Positions 1 through 8,831 of a stretch of 32,000 bases of DNA are shown piece after piece. The stretch covers positions 1,110,001 through 1,142,000 of the forward strand of contig NC_020304.1 of the NCBI RefSeq assembly GCF_000341395.1, given 5' to 3'. Each line of letters begins with the position of its first letter. Position 1 is the stretch's first letter. This DNA is from Desulfocapsa sulfexigens DSM 10523. GTDB lineage: Bacteria > Desulfobacterota > Desulfobulbia > Desulfobulbales > Desulfocapsaceae. Both the position numbers and the translations under genes were made by a program. Under the pieces are notes generated by a model that was given only the letters and a program-made list of their open reading frames with translations, ran no database searches and had not been told where the DNA came from.

Positions 1-1130
<1,130 letters not shown>

Positions 1131-1170
1131 TTAAATTAGAACTCCGGTTAATCGTTCGTCTGTCAGGATC

Positions 1171-1199
1171 ATTTTATCAAATTCGTTCTTCTCAGTCAA
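1171..1199 (-). promoter_or_regulatory. sigma70-type promoter for the ATPase operon
   Basis: The minus strand reads TTGACT-17 nt-TAAAAT with TG one base upstream of the -10 (TGATAAAAT, extended -10). It lies about 65 nt upstream of the atpD ATG. Confidence 0.45.
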
Positions 1200-1335
1200 A
1201 CTGGTCCTTGCTGATCTCCCTCCCTGCACAAGGCCTGTTACTCCACCGACAACGAGATACTCCTCATCAAAATAAGGAGTTTCAGGATGGTGCACCTCTA
1301 TTGCCGATCGATTTATTCTGGTTTAAAGGATAGTC

Positions 1336-1647
1336 TCATCGATGCTGCTCAAAAATATCTTTAAATACTGGGGCGACTGCCTTGAATCCCTTCAGAATCG
1401 CGGGATCAAAATGTTCCGGCATGGTTCGGCCGTCCCCCTCGGTGATAATCCTGCAGGCCTCGTGGCCATCCATGATCGGCATCACGATATCGAGGACGAT
1501 CAGGTCCGGTGAGTTTTCCCGCACCTTCCGCACCGCCTCCTCTCCATCGGCGGCAAATTCAACATCATAACCTAAGGGCACCAGCCACTTGGTAAGCAGT
1601 CTGAGATTGCTCTCTTCATCGTCGACCAGCAATATCTTCTCATTCAT
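1336..1647 (-). CDS. stand-alone receiver (REC) domain protein, atypically short at 103 aa
   Basis: KILLVDDEE...[15 protein letters not shown] gives the acidic pocket and the phospho-Asp motif. Its start overlaps the kinase stop (ATGA at 1644-1647). The beta4/alpha4/beta5 segment carrying the conserved T/S and K appears to be missing. Confidence 0.7.
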   Translation of the reverse strand: MNEKILLVDDEESNLRLLTKWLVPLGYDVEFAADGEEAVRKVRENSPDLIVLDIVMPIMDGHEACRIITEGDGRTMPEHFDPAILKGFKAVAPVFKDIFEQHR

Positions 1648-3968
1648 TTATCCAGGATCTCCCTCACTTTCACCAAAAGGATTTTTGACTGATACGGTTT
1701 CTGGATGAAGTCAAAACCACCCTCCAGCAATTCCCTGTTAGTAATAATCTCAGTGGAATAGCCACTGGTGAAGAGTATTTTCATCTTTGGGCAGATCTTG
1801 AGGATCGCCTCACCGACTTCTCTGCCGTTTTTCTTCGGCATGATCATGTCAAGTAGAACGAGGTTGATCCGCTCCCGGTTTTCAAGGAATTTTGCGATTG
1901 CCTCTTCACCATCCTCTGCGAAGATAACCGTATAGCCGAAGGACTCGAGCACGATCTTTGACAATTTCCTCAGAGCGACGTCGTCCTCGGCTACCAGGAT
2001 CGTCTCATGCCCGCCCTTAACCGGTGCGGGAGCCTCCGCTTTTTGATCCAGAGCCTCTTCATCACAGAGAGGCAGAAATATTTTAAAAATAGTGCCTTCG
2101 CCCGGTTCACTGTAGACCTTGATATAGCCGTTATGTTGTTTGATGATCCCGTAAGAAATGGCGAGTCCAAGCCCGGTCCCTTCTCCGATCTCTTTGGTGG
2201 TGAAAAAAGGCTCGAATATCTTCTGCTGTGTTTCCGCATCCATTCCCGGCCCGGTATCGGCAACCGTGATCAACGCATATCTCCCCGGCCGGCCATATCC
2301 GTACGCAGCAACATAGGCCTCATCTATTTCCTCAAGGCCGGTGGTGATCATCAGCCGCCCACCTTCGCGCATGACGTCCTTGGCATTGGAGGCAAGGTTT
2401 GTCAGCACCTGCTCGATCTGCCCGGTATCGGCCGACACAATCAAGGGCGTATCCGCAAGATCCAGATGAAATTCAATACTCTCTTGGATAATGCGAACCA
2501 GCATTTTTTGCAGGCCCAGGATAAGTTCGTTGATATTAACAGCATTCATTTCAGCTTCATTTTTTCTGCTGAAGATCAGGAGCCTTTTGGTAAGAGCAGC
2601 AGCCCGATCGGCAGCGACCAGCACCTCGGACATATCTTCTCGTGCCGGGTCGTCTGCCGCCAAGGTGTCCATAACCATGGCGCCATACCCCATGATTACG
2701 CTAAGGATATTGTTAAAATCATGAGAAATCCCCCCAGCCAGAGTGCCGACGGCCTCCATCTTCTGGGAATGAAGGAGTTGTTTTTGAAGTTTTTTCCGTT
2801 CACTCACATCGCGAATATTACATTGGGCCAATTCAGCCCGGTCGACCATGTATATGTCCGTGTAAATTTCTTGGCCTGTCTTGGTTTTCAACGGAACATC
2901 TTCATAATTTAGGATGCCCTCCCTATCCAAATCTGCCATTGTTGCGGAAAAATCACGGGTATCGATTGTAACACCGATATCCCGTAGTTTTTTACCACGG
3001 CATTCCGCTTCGGCATACCCCAACAGTTTTTCGATGGCCGGATTCGCATGGGCCACATGTCCTTCTTTCTTTTCAAGAAGCATGATCCCATCGCTGGCGG
3101 TCTCAAAAAGTCTTCGGTAACGAGATTCAGACTCCGCTAACAGATTTTCCAGTTGACGGCGCTCGGTGATGTCCTCGATAGCCAGGAGGATTATCTGCTC
3201 TTTGTCCAAGGATTGTACAATCTGGCGGGCATTCAGCATCATAGTCCGTCGCCCGATGGTGGCAAAATCGTGTTCGACCTCATAGCCATAAAAGCTGGTT
3301 CTCTCAGGCATGATGTTTTCCAGTAGTTCCCGCAACAGGGGGATATCCCACTGTTTATTGCCCAGGTTATAGATAAGCCGCCCCACGGTTTCCTCCGGTT
3401 TTACCTGAAAGAATTCATAGAAGGAGCGACTGACAGTAACCACCCTGAGATCATGATCCAAGGAAATCAAAGGTTCGCGGACCGTGTTGATAACGCTCTC
3501 CGCAAATTCATGTGCTACATCGGCAGATTGTTTAATAACAGCCAGTTGTTTTCGGGTGGTTTCCAGGCCCGTTTCTATCGCCTTACGCTCGGTGATATCC
3601 TCGATGGCCAGGAGGATTATCTGCTCTTTGCCCCACGGCCGTTCAATCTGCCGGGCATTCAGCAACATGGTTCGCCGCCCGATGGTGGTGAAATCGTGCT
3701 CAATTTCATAGTCATCAAAGGTGATTTTCTCGGGCAGAATGGTTTCCAGGAGTTTGCGCAGCCTGGGGATGTCCCATTGCTTATTGCCCAGGTCGTAGAT
3801 AAACTGTCCCACGGTCTCCTCAGGGAGCACCATGAAGACCCGGTAAAAAGAATGGTTGGCTGCGACTACCATGAGATCATGATCGAGAACAATCAGAGGT
3901 TCACGAAGGGTATTGATGATGCTCCTGTCAAATTCCAGGGATTGCGCGTTGCTCTTTTCATTGATCAC
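1644..3968 (-). CDS. cytoplasmic hybrid sensor histidine kinase (PAS-PAS-PAS-HisKA-HATPase_c-REC)
   Basis: The 774-aa ORF has a GTG start 5 nt after GAGGAG. The H-box is [23 protein letters not shown], with N/G boxes ([23 protein letters not shown]) and a C-terminal REC (ILVAEDD...[13 protein letters not shown]...KP). There is no TM segment. Confidence 0.9.
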   Translation of the reverse strand: MINEKSNAQSLEFDRSIINTLREPLIVLDHDLMVVAANHSFYRVFMVLPEETVGQFIYDLGNKQWDIPRLRKLLETILPEKITFDDYEIEHDFTTIGRRTMLLNARQIERPWGKEQIILLAIEDITERKAIETGLETTRKQLAVIKQSADVAHEFAESVINTVREPLISLDHDLRVVTVSRSFYEFFQVKPEETVGRLIYNLGNKQWDIPLLRELLENIMPERTSFYGYEVEHDFATIGRRTMMLNARQIVQSLDKEQIILLAIEDITERRQLENLLAESESRYRRLFETASDGIMLLEKKEGHVAHANPAIEKLLGYAEAECRGKKLRDIGVTIDTRDFSATMADLDREGILNYEDVPLKTKTGQEIYTDIYMVDRAELAQCNIRDVSERKKLQKQLLHSQKMEAVGTLAGGISHDFNNILSVIMGYGAMVMDTLAADDPAREDMSEVLVAADRAAALTKRLLIFSRKNEAEMNAVNINELILGLQKMLVRIIQESIEFHLDLADTPLIVSADTGQIEQVLTNLASNAKDVMREGGRLMITTGLEEIDEAYVAAYGYGRPGRYALITVADTGPGMDAETQQKIFEPFFTTKEIGEGTGLGLAISYGIIKQHNGYIKVYSEPGEGTIFKIFLPLCDEEALDQKAEAPAPVKGGHETILVAEDDVALRKLSKIVLESFGYTVIFAEDGEEAIAKFLENRERINLVLLDMIMPKKNGREVGEAILKICPKMKILFTSGYSTEIITNRELLEGGFDFIQKPYQSKILLVKVREILDK
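3156..3923 (-). repeat. internal tandem duplication of a ~113-aa PAS module inside the kinase gene
   Basis: aa 16-128 ([20 protein letters not shown]...[20 protein letters not shown]...[13 protein letters not shown]...[15 protein letters not shown]) and aa 158-271 ([20 protein letters not shown]...[20 protein letters not shown]...[13 protein letters not shown]...[15 protein letters not shown]) are offset by 142 aa (426 nt). They correspond to 3585-3923 and 3156-3497. Confidence 0.75.
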
Positions 3969-4257
3969 TGCATCTCCTCACATGAAGATTTTATTTTGTA
4001 CCAGTGTGAATCAATCCAGTTCAGACAGGAGGTTAATGACAAGTTGCTTCAGTCTCCATTCGCGCGACTAGAAGTAAATTGGAGATAACTGTTCTCAACC
4101 CTCCCATCAGTCATAGCAGGTGGACGGAAAAGAACAGGTCGTGGATTATTAAAGCATTGATGTGTTTTTCCACATCATAGTCCCACCTCTTGCGGATCAC
4201 TTTTCCTTGATGTCACCGGCGTCCGTTGTCGTGTTTTCTCTTAGATCCACTCACTCG

Positions 4258-4470
4258 CTAACTACTCCAGGCGTGGGAAAAGAGGAACTTCACGACTCCG
4301 GGGCGGAGAAAATCCATTTTCCGGAGGAGCAATACACTCGGGGAATACATTCCCTGCCAGGGGGTTATGTAATACATATCATAGCAGTCCAATGTACCAC
4401 TCTCCTGGCAGGCAATGGAAATATCATTGGCTCCAGTTGCCATACCAGGGGATTCAGCGTTTTTGTTCAT
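4258..4470 (-). CDS. hypothetical 70-aa protein (weak call)
   Basis: Its ATG overlaps the TGA stop of the upstream coiled-coil gene (AAATGAAC, ATGA coupling). I recognise no family, and the sequence is not obviously protein-like. Confidence 0.25.
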   Translation of the reverse strand: MNKNAESPGMATGANDISIACQESGTLDCYDMYYITPWQGMYSPSVLLLRKMDFLRPGVVKFLFSHAWSS

Positions 4471-4757
4471 TTAAACTTTGCAGCTGCATCGTGAAAGGCG
4501 GTCTTGACTTCAGACCAGGCTTTTTCCGCGCCTGTTTTGAGATCTTCCCAGGCCTCATCTCCGGCAGCCTTCAACTCATGCAGTTTTGCCCTGGCAATAT
4601 CGCGCTTGTGCTGCAGGGCCTCAATCTTCGTTGCATACTCCACCTTTAGATCCGCATTGACATTTTCCACCTTGGCCTTGAGCAGATCAATCTCTGCGTT
4701 CCATTCCTTCAACTGCGCATCGAGCTTTTCTTCATACGCTTTTCGTTTCTCCATCAT
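4467..4757 (-). CDS. small coiled-coil protein (96 aa), paralogue A
   Basis: I prefer the start at ATGATG (4752-4757), 5 nt after AAGGAGG, over the track's 4844 start. The product is MMEKRKAYEEKLDAQLKEWNAEIDLLKAKV...AWEDLKTGAEKAWSEVKTAFHDAAAKFK, with a heptad-rich charged composition. It resembles small conserved hypothetical coiled-coil proteins. Confidence 0.8.
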   Translation of the reverse strand: MMEKRKAYEEKLDAQLKEWNAEIDLLKAKVENVNADLKVEYATKIEALQHKRDIARAKLHELKAAGDEAWEDLKTGAEKAWSEVKTAFHDAAAKFK

Positions 4758-4791
4758 GACAACCTCCTTATGTTTGTTAATTTGCATTCTG

Positions 4792-5013
4792 TCAGGCATT
4801 CTTCTTTCCCACAACCAACAGGACGATGCCTCCCACAAGTGCAATAGCTCCGACGATCGGAGGCAGCGGAAAAGTTTTCGTCTTCTCGGTCGTCATCTCG
4901 ATCGGCCCGATATCGATGACCTTTTCCTTACTGGTATAGGTGATGCCTTGATAGGTAAAGGCCATGATTCCAATTGAAATGAGAATTATGGCTACAATTG
5001 TTTGTGTTTTCAT
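4792..5013 (-). CDS. small two-TM membrane protein (73 aa)
   Basis: In MKTQTIVAIILISIGIMAFTY...PLPPIVGAIALVGGIVLLVVGKKNA, two hydrophobic helices flank a polar loop. A GGAGAGG RBS lies upstream. Confidence 0.75.
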   Translation of the reverse strand: MKTQTIVAIILISIGIMAFTYQGITYTSKEKVIDIGPIEMTTEKTKTFPLPPIVGAIALVGGIVLLVVGKKNA

Positions 5014-5100
5014 TACGTGCCTCTCCGTTATCTGTTAAGTTTGAAAAAATTCCCATCCAGGCTGGAGTCGCAGGCGACGCCCCCTAATGACGTTGAACAC
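5011..5100 (-). repeat. copy A of the duplicated leader/junction sequence
   Basis: A 32-nt block at 5031-5062 (tctgttaagtttgaaaaaattcccatccaggc) is identical to 5590-5621. Flanking similarity extends into the ATG region and into a (F)NVIRGRR-coding remnant at ~5075-5100. Confidence 0.85.
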
Positions 5101-5130
5101 TAATGACCCGTTTTGTTTTTCTGGAAAATT

Positions 5131-5421
5131 TTAATCTTTAAAGCTCGCAACTGCATCTTCCAGGGTTGATTGCAATACTGTCCACGTATTCTCCACACCA
5201 TCGACGAGTTCCTCCCACATGTCATCATGTGCAGCATCGAGTTTTTTTAACTTGGCTTTTGTGGCGTTGATATGCTGTTCAACTTTTTCAACATGTCGGT
5301 TAAGTCTTGCCTGAGTGGCGGTATCAAAATTGTGCCCCTGGGCCTTGAATTCAGCAAATCTGATCTGAACTAATTCCAGCGCTGTGTGCTTTTCCTTTTT
5401 ATAAGCATCTCTGTTCCGCAT
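5131..5421 (-). CDS. small coiled-coil protein (96 aa), paralogue B
   Basis: It has the same length and the same C-terminal pattern as paralogue A: AKL..L.AA.D..WE.L..G.E..W...DA.A.FK. Confidence 0.75.
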   Translation of the reverse strand: MRNRDAYKKEKHTALELVQIRFAEFKAQGHNFDTATQARLNRHVEKVEQHINATKAKLKKLDAAHDDMWEELVDGVENTWTVLQSTLEDAVASFKD

Positions 5422-5505
5422 TGTATAACTCCTGTAGTTGCATTTCGATAAACTTACGTTATTTCTATCAATTAGACAGAATTTTCGGTAGCTGTCTTTC
5501 TTTTT

Positions 5506-5571
5506 TTAAGCGACTTTTTCATGTCCTGCAGGATTGAATAAATCCCATGCTGCAATCGTCTGTGTGTTCAT
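5506..5571 (-). pseudogene. truncated paralogue of the 73-aa two-TM gene (21 codons left)
   Basis: It sits behind the copy B leader. MNTQTIAAWDLFNPAGHEKVA* compares with MKTQTIVAIIL... in copy A, and similarity is lost after ~8 codons. The track's 89-aa ORF (5506-5775) is this stub read back through the leader. Confidence 0.45.
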
Positions 5572-5660
5572 TATGTGCCTCTCTCTTATTCTGTTAAGTT
5601 TGAAAAAATTCCCATCCAGGCGAGAGCTACCTACCTCCGACGCCGCCCCCCAATGACGTT
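5568..5660 (-). repeat. copy B of the duplicated leader/junction sequence
   Basis: See copy A. The identical 32-nt block is at 5590-5621. Across the ~52-nt core the copies differ by about 3-4 mismatches and one 1-nt indel. Confidence 0.85.
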
Positions 5661-5780
5661 GAGCAGAACAACAATTATGGCAACCACCAGAAGGATATGA
5701 ATGAATCCTCCCATGGTGTAACTGCTGATCAGTCCCAGCGCCCACAGAATTATCAGTATTATGGCAATAGTCCACAGCAT
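5631..5780 (-). CDS. lmo0937-family-like micro-membrane protein (49 aa)
   Basis: Hand translation gives MLWTIAIILIILWALGLISSYTMGGFIHILLVVAIIVVLLNVIGGRRRR, with GGAGGA 5 nt upstream of the ATG at 5780. It is below the 60-aa cutoff of the track. Confidence 0.75.
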   Translation of the reverse strand: MLWTIAIILIILWALGLISSYTMGGFIHILLVVAIIVVLLNVIGGRRRR

Positions 5781-5958
5781 AACGATCCTCCTTTTGTTCA
5801 TCTGTCAGTTAAACGGTCTCCCGTGGGTATCTCGCCCATTATCGGCAGCGTCATTGTCACGAATCATCTTCGCCGTCACAAGGAGTCCGCCAATGGACCG
5901 TTGATCCCCACATCACCCGTTACATGTATATGTACAATCTAATTCCAGCCGGTTGTCA

Positions 5959-6147
5959 CTACCCAACACGAATGTTTGCGATATTTCCGATCACCCCAAA
6001 GACACTCAACAACCAGAGAACCACAACAATTATCACCACTACATTGAGAATTTTCTTTATGTTGGCCTGCATCGGTATGTAGTTGTTAATAACCCAGAGG
6101 ATTACCCCAACAACAACCAGAATAATTATTAAATTAATTAGCGGCAT
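5959..6147 (-). CDS. Thivi_2564-family-like small membrane protein (62 aa)
   Basis: MPLINLIIILVVVGVILWVINNYIPMQANIKKILNVVVIIVVVLWLLSVFGVIGNIANIRVG has two TM helices. AGGAGAAGGAG lies upstream. Confidence 0.75.
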   Translation of the reverse strand: MPLINLIIILVVVGVILWVINNYIPMQANIKKILNVVVIIVVVLWLLSVFGVIGNIANIRVG

Positions 6148-6294
6148 ACTCCTTCTCCTAAAATTTCTTTATTTTGTATTGTTTTCAACATACTCTGCGC
6201 CTCAGCCTCTGTATCATCTCTCAGACTGGCCCGGAGGCAATTCCCCTGGATGTGAAAACATCAATCTTCCAGACTGTCGATTTCCCAAATTATG

Positions 6295-6861
6295 TTACCG
6301 AAACCGATCCAGATCTCTTTCCAGTAAATCAAGCCGTTGGGAAACATCTGCACTCTCCTCACGTGGCGGGTATCTTCCGTCTTCCGTCATCCGAAAATAC
6401 TCTCGCCGGATGGAGTCCAGTCTGGATTGAAATTCCCGTTTCTCACGTGCAAGCAAACGACTGCTGATTCTTTCATCATCAATTCTTCTCTGGATGGCGA
6501 TGATTCTGTCACCATTTCCGGGTCCTTCCATTCGTGCTGGCCGGATGAGTGCCCTGTCGATATCCTCTTCAAGCCCATCAAGACGTAGAGAAAGCCTATC
6601 CCATTCGTCCCGGTAAACCCTTCTGTCCCTCAGGTTCGCATAGTCTGTTCGGATCCCCTTCAGTGTCGTCAAAAATACCTGGGACTCATCAAGAGAAAGC
6701 GTGCGGGTTTGCAACCCTTCTCCTATCTTCTCCTGGATCACAACCATCTGAGTCTCTGTATTCCTTTCATTCTCAGGCCATGTTTGCGGCATTGTGGCGC
6801 AGCCCGAGAAAAAGACCAATCCAAACACCACGAATACTGCCAACAAAAGAAAGTTCTTCAT
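6295..6861 (-). CDS. lipoprotein with an internal two-fold repeat (188 aa)
   Basis: The signal peptide has a lipobox (VFFSGC). There are two Arg/Asp/Glu-rich modules: IQEKIGEGLQ...LKGIRTDYANL...RLDGLEEDIDR and IQRRIDDERIS...LDSIRREYFRM...RLDLLERDLDR. Confidence 0.8.
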   Translation of the reverse strand: MKNFLLLAVFVVFGLVFFSGCATMPQTWPENERNTETQMVVIQEKIGEGLQTRTLSLDESQVFLTTLKGIRTDYANLRDRRVYRDEWDRLSLRLDGLEEDIDRALIRPARMEGPGNGDRIIAIQRRIDDERISSRLLAREKREFQSRLDSIRREYFRMTEDGRYPPREESADVSQRLDLLERDLDRFR

Positions 6862-6873
6862 TTTCCACCTCCT

Positions 6874-7278
6874 CTACTTTTGATAATACTCCCGGACTTT
6901 TGCTGCAATCTGACGATCCGTCATGGTGTCTTCTGTCTCCACAGCCTCGATACGTCCTCCAAGCTTTTCTTTTTCAAGACGTTTTTTCAGTTCGCCCTTT
7001 GCCTCACCGGGACCAAACAGCAGAATCGATTCAGCATCACGAACAGCCGAAACAACTTCATCGTAGTAGGTGTGAAGTTCTCCGGTAAAAATCCTCTCCC
7101 GGCTATCATCCGCCGGAACCTTCTGTGCTTCAAAAGAGGTTGTCGAGCGTACTCCGTCAATTCTTCCTGGCTGCTTTTCCACTTTTGATTCGATAATTTT
7201 TGTGTCCTCTCCGTTGCCCGAAACTGCAACAATCACGGCCTTGCGATGATCAATCCACAAACCAATGGTCGTTTTCAT
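6874..7278 (-). CDS. conserved hypothetical 134-aa cytoplasmic protein, possibly aeRF1/host-attachment-protein-like fold
   Basis: This is a clean ORF 12 nt upstream of the lipoprotein gene. The C-terminal half, ILLFGPGEAKGELKKRLEKEKLGGRIEAVETEDTMTDRQI, resembles the lvl.aPp..lGeLRk.l....v.....kDlt pattern as I remember it. That fold assignment is tentative. Confidence 0.75.
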   Translation of the reverse strand: MKTTIGLWIDHRKAVIVAVSGNGEDTKIIESKVEKQPGRIDGVRSTTSFEAQKVPADDSRERIFTGELHTYYDEVVSAVRDAESILLFGPGEAKGELKKRLEKEKLGGRIEAVETEDTMTDRQIAAKVREYYQK

Positions 7279-7510
7279 ATATCACCTTTGTGTATACCGC
7301 TTCCTCCGGCGTTCAGATACCGGAACGTATTGCTTTTTTTAGCCTCTTTCATCCATATGGCCGTCTGGGACCCGAACAGGACAACCGGGGACCCGACGGC
7401 AGCATGCTGGGTTATACTCCATCCCCTTTACGCGCATGTCATTCTTGACAAAGGCTACTCCCTTGACAGTGTGAGCAACTCCGCCAGCCCTGTTAATGTC
7501 TGTCTGAGAA

Positions 7511-8353
7511 TCAGCATCCCTCAATCTTTTCTTTTGACTTGGATTTCTTGACGGTTATGGGTTTCTTGACAATCATGTTATTGACCACGCTGTTCACGCC
7601 ATGAACATCCTGGACGTATTTTGTGGCCAAATCCTTTTCAGCCGCATTTCCCACGTTACCCTCCAGCGTTACCTGACCATTAGTTGTCATGACCTTGGTG
7701 TCGAGAGCGCTGGTCGAGCGATGATAGAGTAATGTCATCTTGACCAGAGCGGTGACGGATGCGTCATCAATTGAATCGCCCACGTCACTTATCTTCTCAC
7801 TTATCTTTGATTCGTCCGTTGTCATAGACGCCTCTGGTACCTTCATATCATTTTGGACATCTGCAACCCCTACGACATCCTTGACTAATTCGGTCGTCAG
7901 GTCCTTCTGCGCCTGGCTTGTTGCTTCGCCCTGCAGGGTTACGATTCCGTCGTTGGTGTCGACTTCCGTCATGGCGCTTACGTTCCTATGAAAGAAAAGT
8001 GCTGTTTTCACCTTCGTGGTAATCCAGGAGTCCGAATTCTCGAGCGCGCTTTCACCTTTCACTTCCAGCTGGTTATCGACGCTTTTTACTCCAGGAAGGT
8101 TTGCCACGGTCTCCTGGGCCAAAGATTTGTGTGTGTCTTCAGTAACAGTACCGGTCAAGGTGACAGCGCCGTCCATGGACTTGACTGTAACGTCGTCGTT
8201 CTGAAGAAAGTTTTTGAACACATACGAACTCTTGGCAGAAGATTCGACGGAATCATCTGCTTCGCTCGCAGTGGCTAAAACAGGAACAGTGGCAACGAGC
8301 AGGACAGTGACTACTGCCATCAAAACCATGCGATACATTTCTTTCACTTTCAT
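7511..8353 (-). CDS. secreted triple-BON-domain protein (OsmY-like)
   Basis: It has a signal peptide (VLLVATVPVLATASEA) and three BON units ending GVKSVDNQLEV, GVADVQNDMKV and GVNSVVNNMIV, each preceded by a DG.VTL.G motif. Confidence 0.9.
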   Translation of the reverse strand: MKVKEMYRMVLMAVVTVLLVATVPVLATASEADDSVESSAKSSYVFKNFLQNDDVTVKSMDGAVTLTGTVTEDTHKSLAQETVANLPGVKSVDNQLEVKGESALENSDSWITTKVKTALFFHRNVSAMTEVDTNDGIVTLQGEATSQAQKDLTTELVKDVVGVADVQNDMKVPEASMTTDESKISEKISDVGDSIDDASVTALVKMTLLYHRSTSALDTKVMTTNGQVTLEGNVGNAAEKDLATKYVQDVHGVNSVVNNMIVKKPITVKKSKSKEKIEGC

Positions 8354-8393
8354 TTTGTTCTCCGTTATACACGTTGGTTTTTTCTTAGTATCT

Positions 8394-8705
8394 TCAACAC
8401 CTGCCCTCTATTTTTCCGGCAGGCTGAAAACACTGGTAAACGATTATCTCACTGGGTTCTTCCAGCAGGTTCATGGCCCCTCGCAGTATTTTGAAGGACT
8501 CAGACCCGTAGTGAAGGTCTAAATTCTTTTGTGTTGCCCATTCTTCAAGCAGACAGAGGTTATTCTCATCTTCCGTGCGATAAAACAATTCACAGCGCTC
8601 ACAGCCCATCTGAGCCCTGATACAGCCGAGAAGCGAGGTAACCGTCTGGGACAGTTCCTTGCGTTTCTCGGCAGACACTTTCATATGGATGATGACTAGA
8701 ATCAT
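8394..8705 (-). CDS. ABM/Dabb-fold (antibiotic biosynthesis monooxygenase-like) protein, 103 aa
   Basis: MILVIIHMKVSAEKRKELSQTV...LCLLEEWATQKNLDLHYGSESFK matches the beta-alpha-beta ferredoxin-like ABM pattern in size and motif order. Confidence 0.7.
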   Translation of the reverse strand: MILVIIHMKVSAEKRKELSQTVTSLLGCIRAQMGCERCELFYRTEDENNLCLLEEWATQKNLDLHYGSESFKILRGAMNLLEEPSEIIVYQCFQPAGKIEGRC

Positions 8706-8716
8706 ATCTTACACCT

Positions 8717-8733
8717 AGCAAGAAGAATGCCAA
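8717..8733 (-). promoter_or_regulatory. sigma54-type -24/-12 element
   Basis: The minus strand reads TTGGCATTCTTCTTGCT, i.e. TGGCAT-T-N4-TTGCT with exact GG-to-GC spacing. However, the -12 GC is only 12 nt from the ABM ATG, which implies a leaderless or 1-nt-leader mRNA. Confidence 0.35.
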
Positions 8734-8831
8734 CAAACACAGGTAGTCGTAACCACGCAAAAAACCACCTATTCACATACAATTAGGAACAACAGCAGAA
8801 TAAAAAAAGAAGGATTAAGGAGCAAATATAT

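Noticed and set aside
1291-1306. cGGCAAT-N4-GTGCA (minus strand) as a sigma54 promoter for the ATPase operon
   Set aside because: The spacing is right, but four consensus positions are mismatched, and it lies ~185 nt upstream with a much better sigma70 promoter in between.
2007-2912. 301-aa plus-strand ORF
   Set aside because: It is antisense to the well-supported kinase catalytic core and has no recognisable motifs. This is the typical long shadow ORF opposite a real gene.
3453-4088. 211-aa plus-strand ORF
   Set aside because: It is mostly antisense to the duplicated PAS region of the kinase and has no RBS or family resemblance.
4162-4494. 110-aa plus-strand ORF in the 3969-4466 gap
   Set aside because: It has a GTG start without an RBS, is flanked on both sides by minus-strand genes, and runs into the coiled-coil gene antisense. 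The sequence is not protein-like.
5506-5775. 89-aa minus-strand ORF from the track
   Set aside because: It reads through the conserved non-coding leader and out of frame across the lmo0937-like gene. Only its last 21 codons (the stub of the 2-TM gene) are meaningful.
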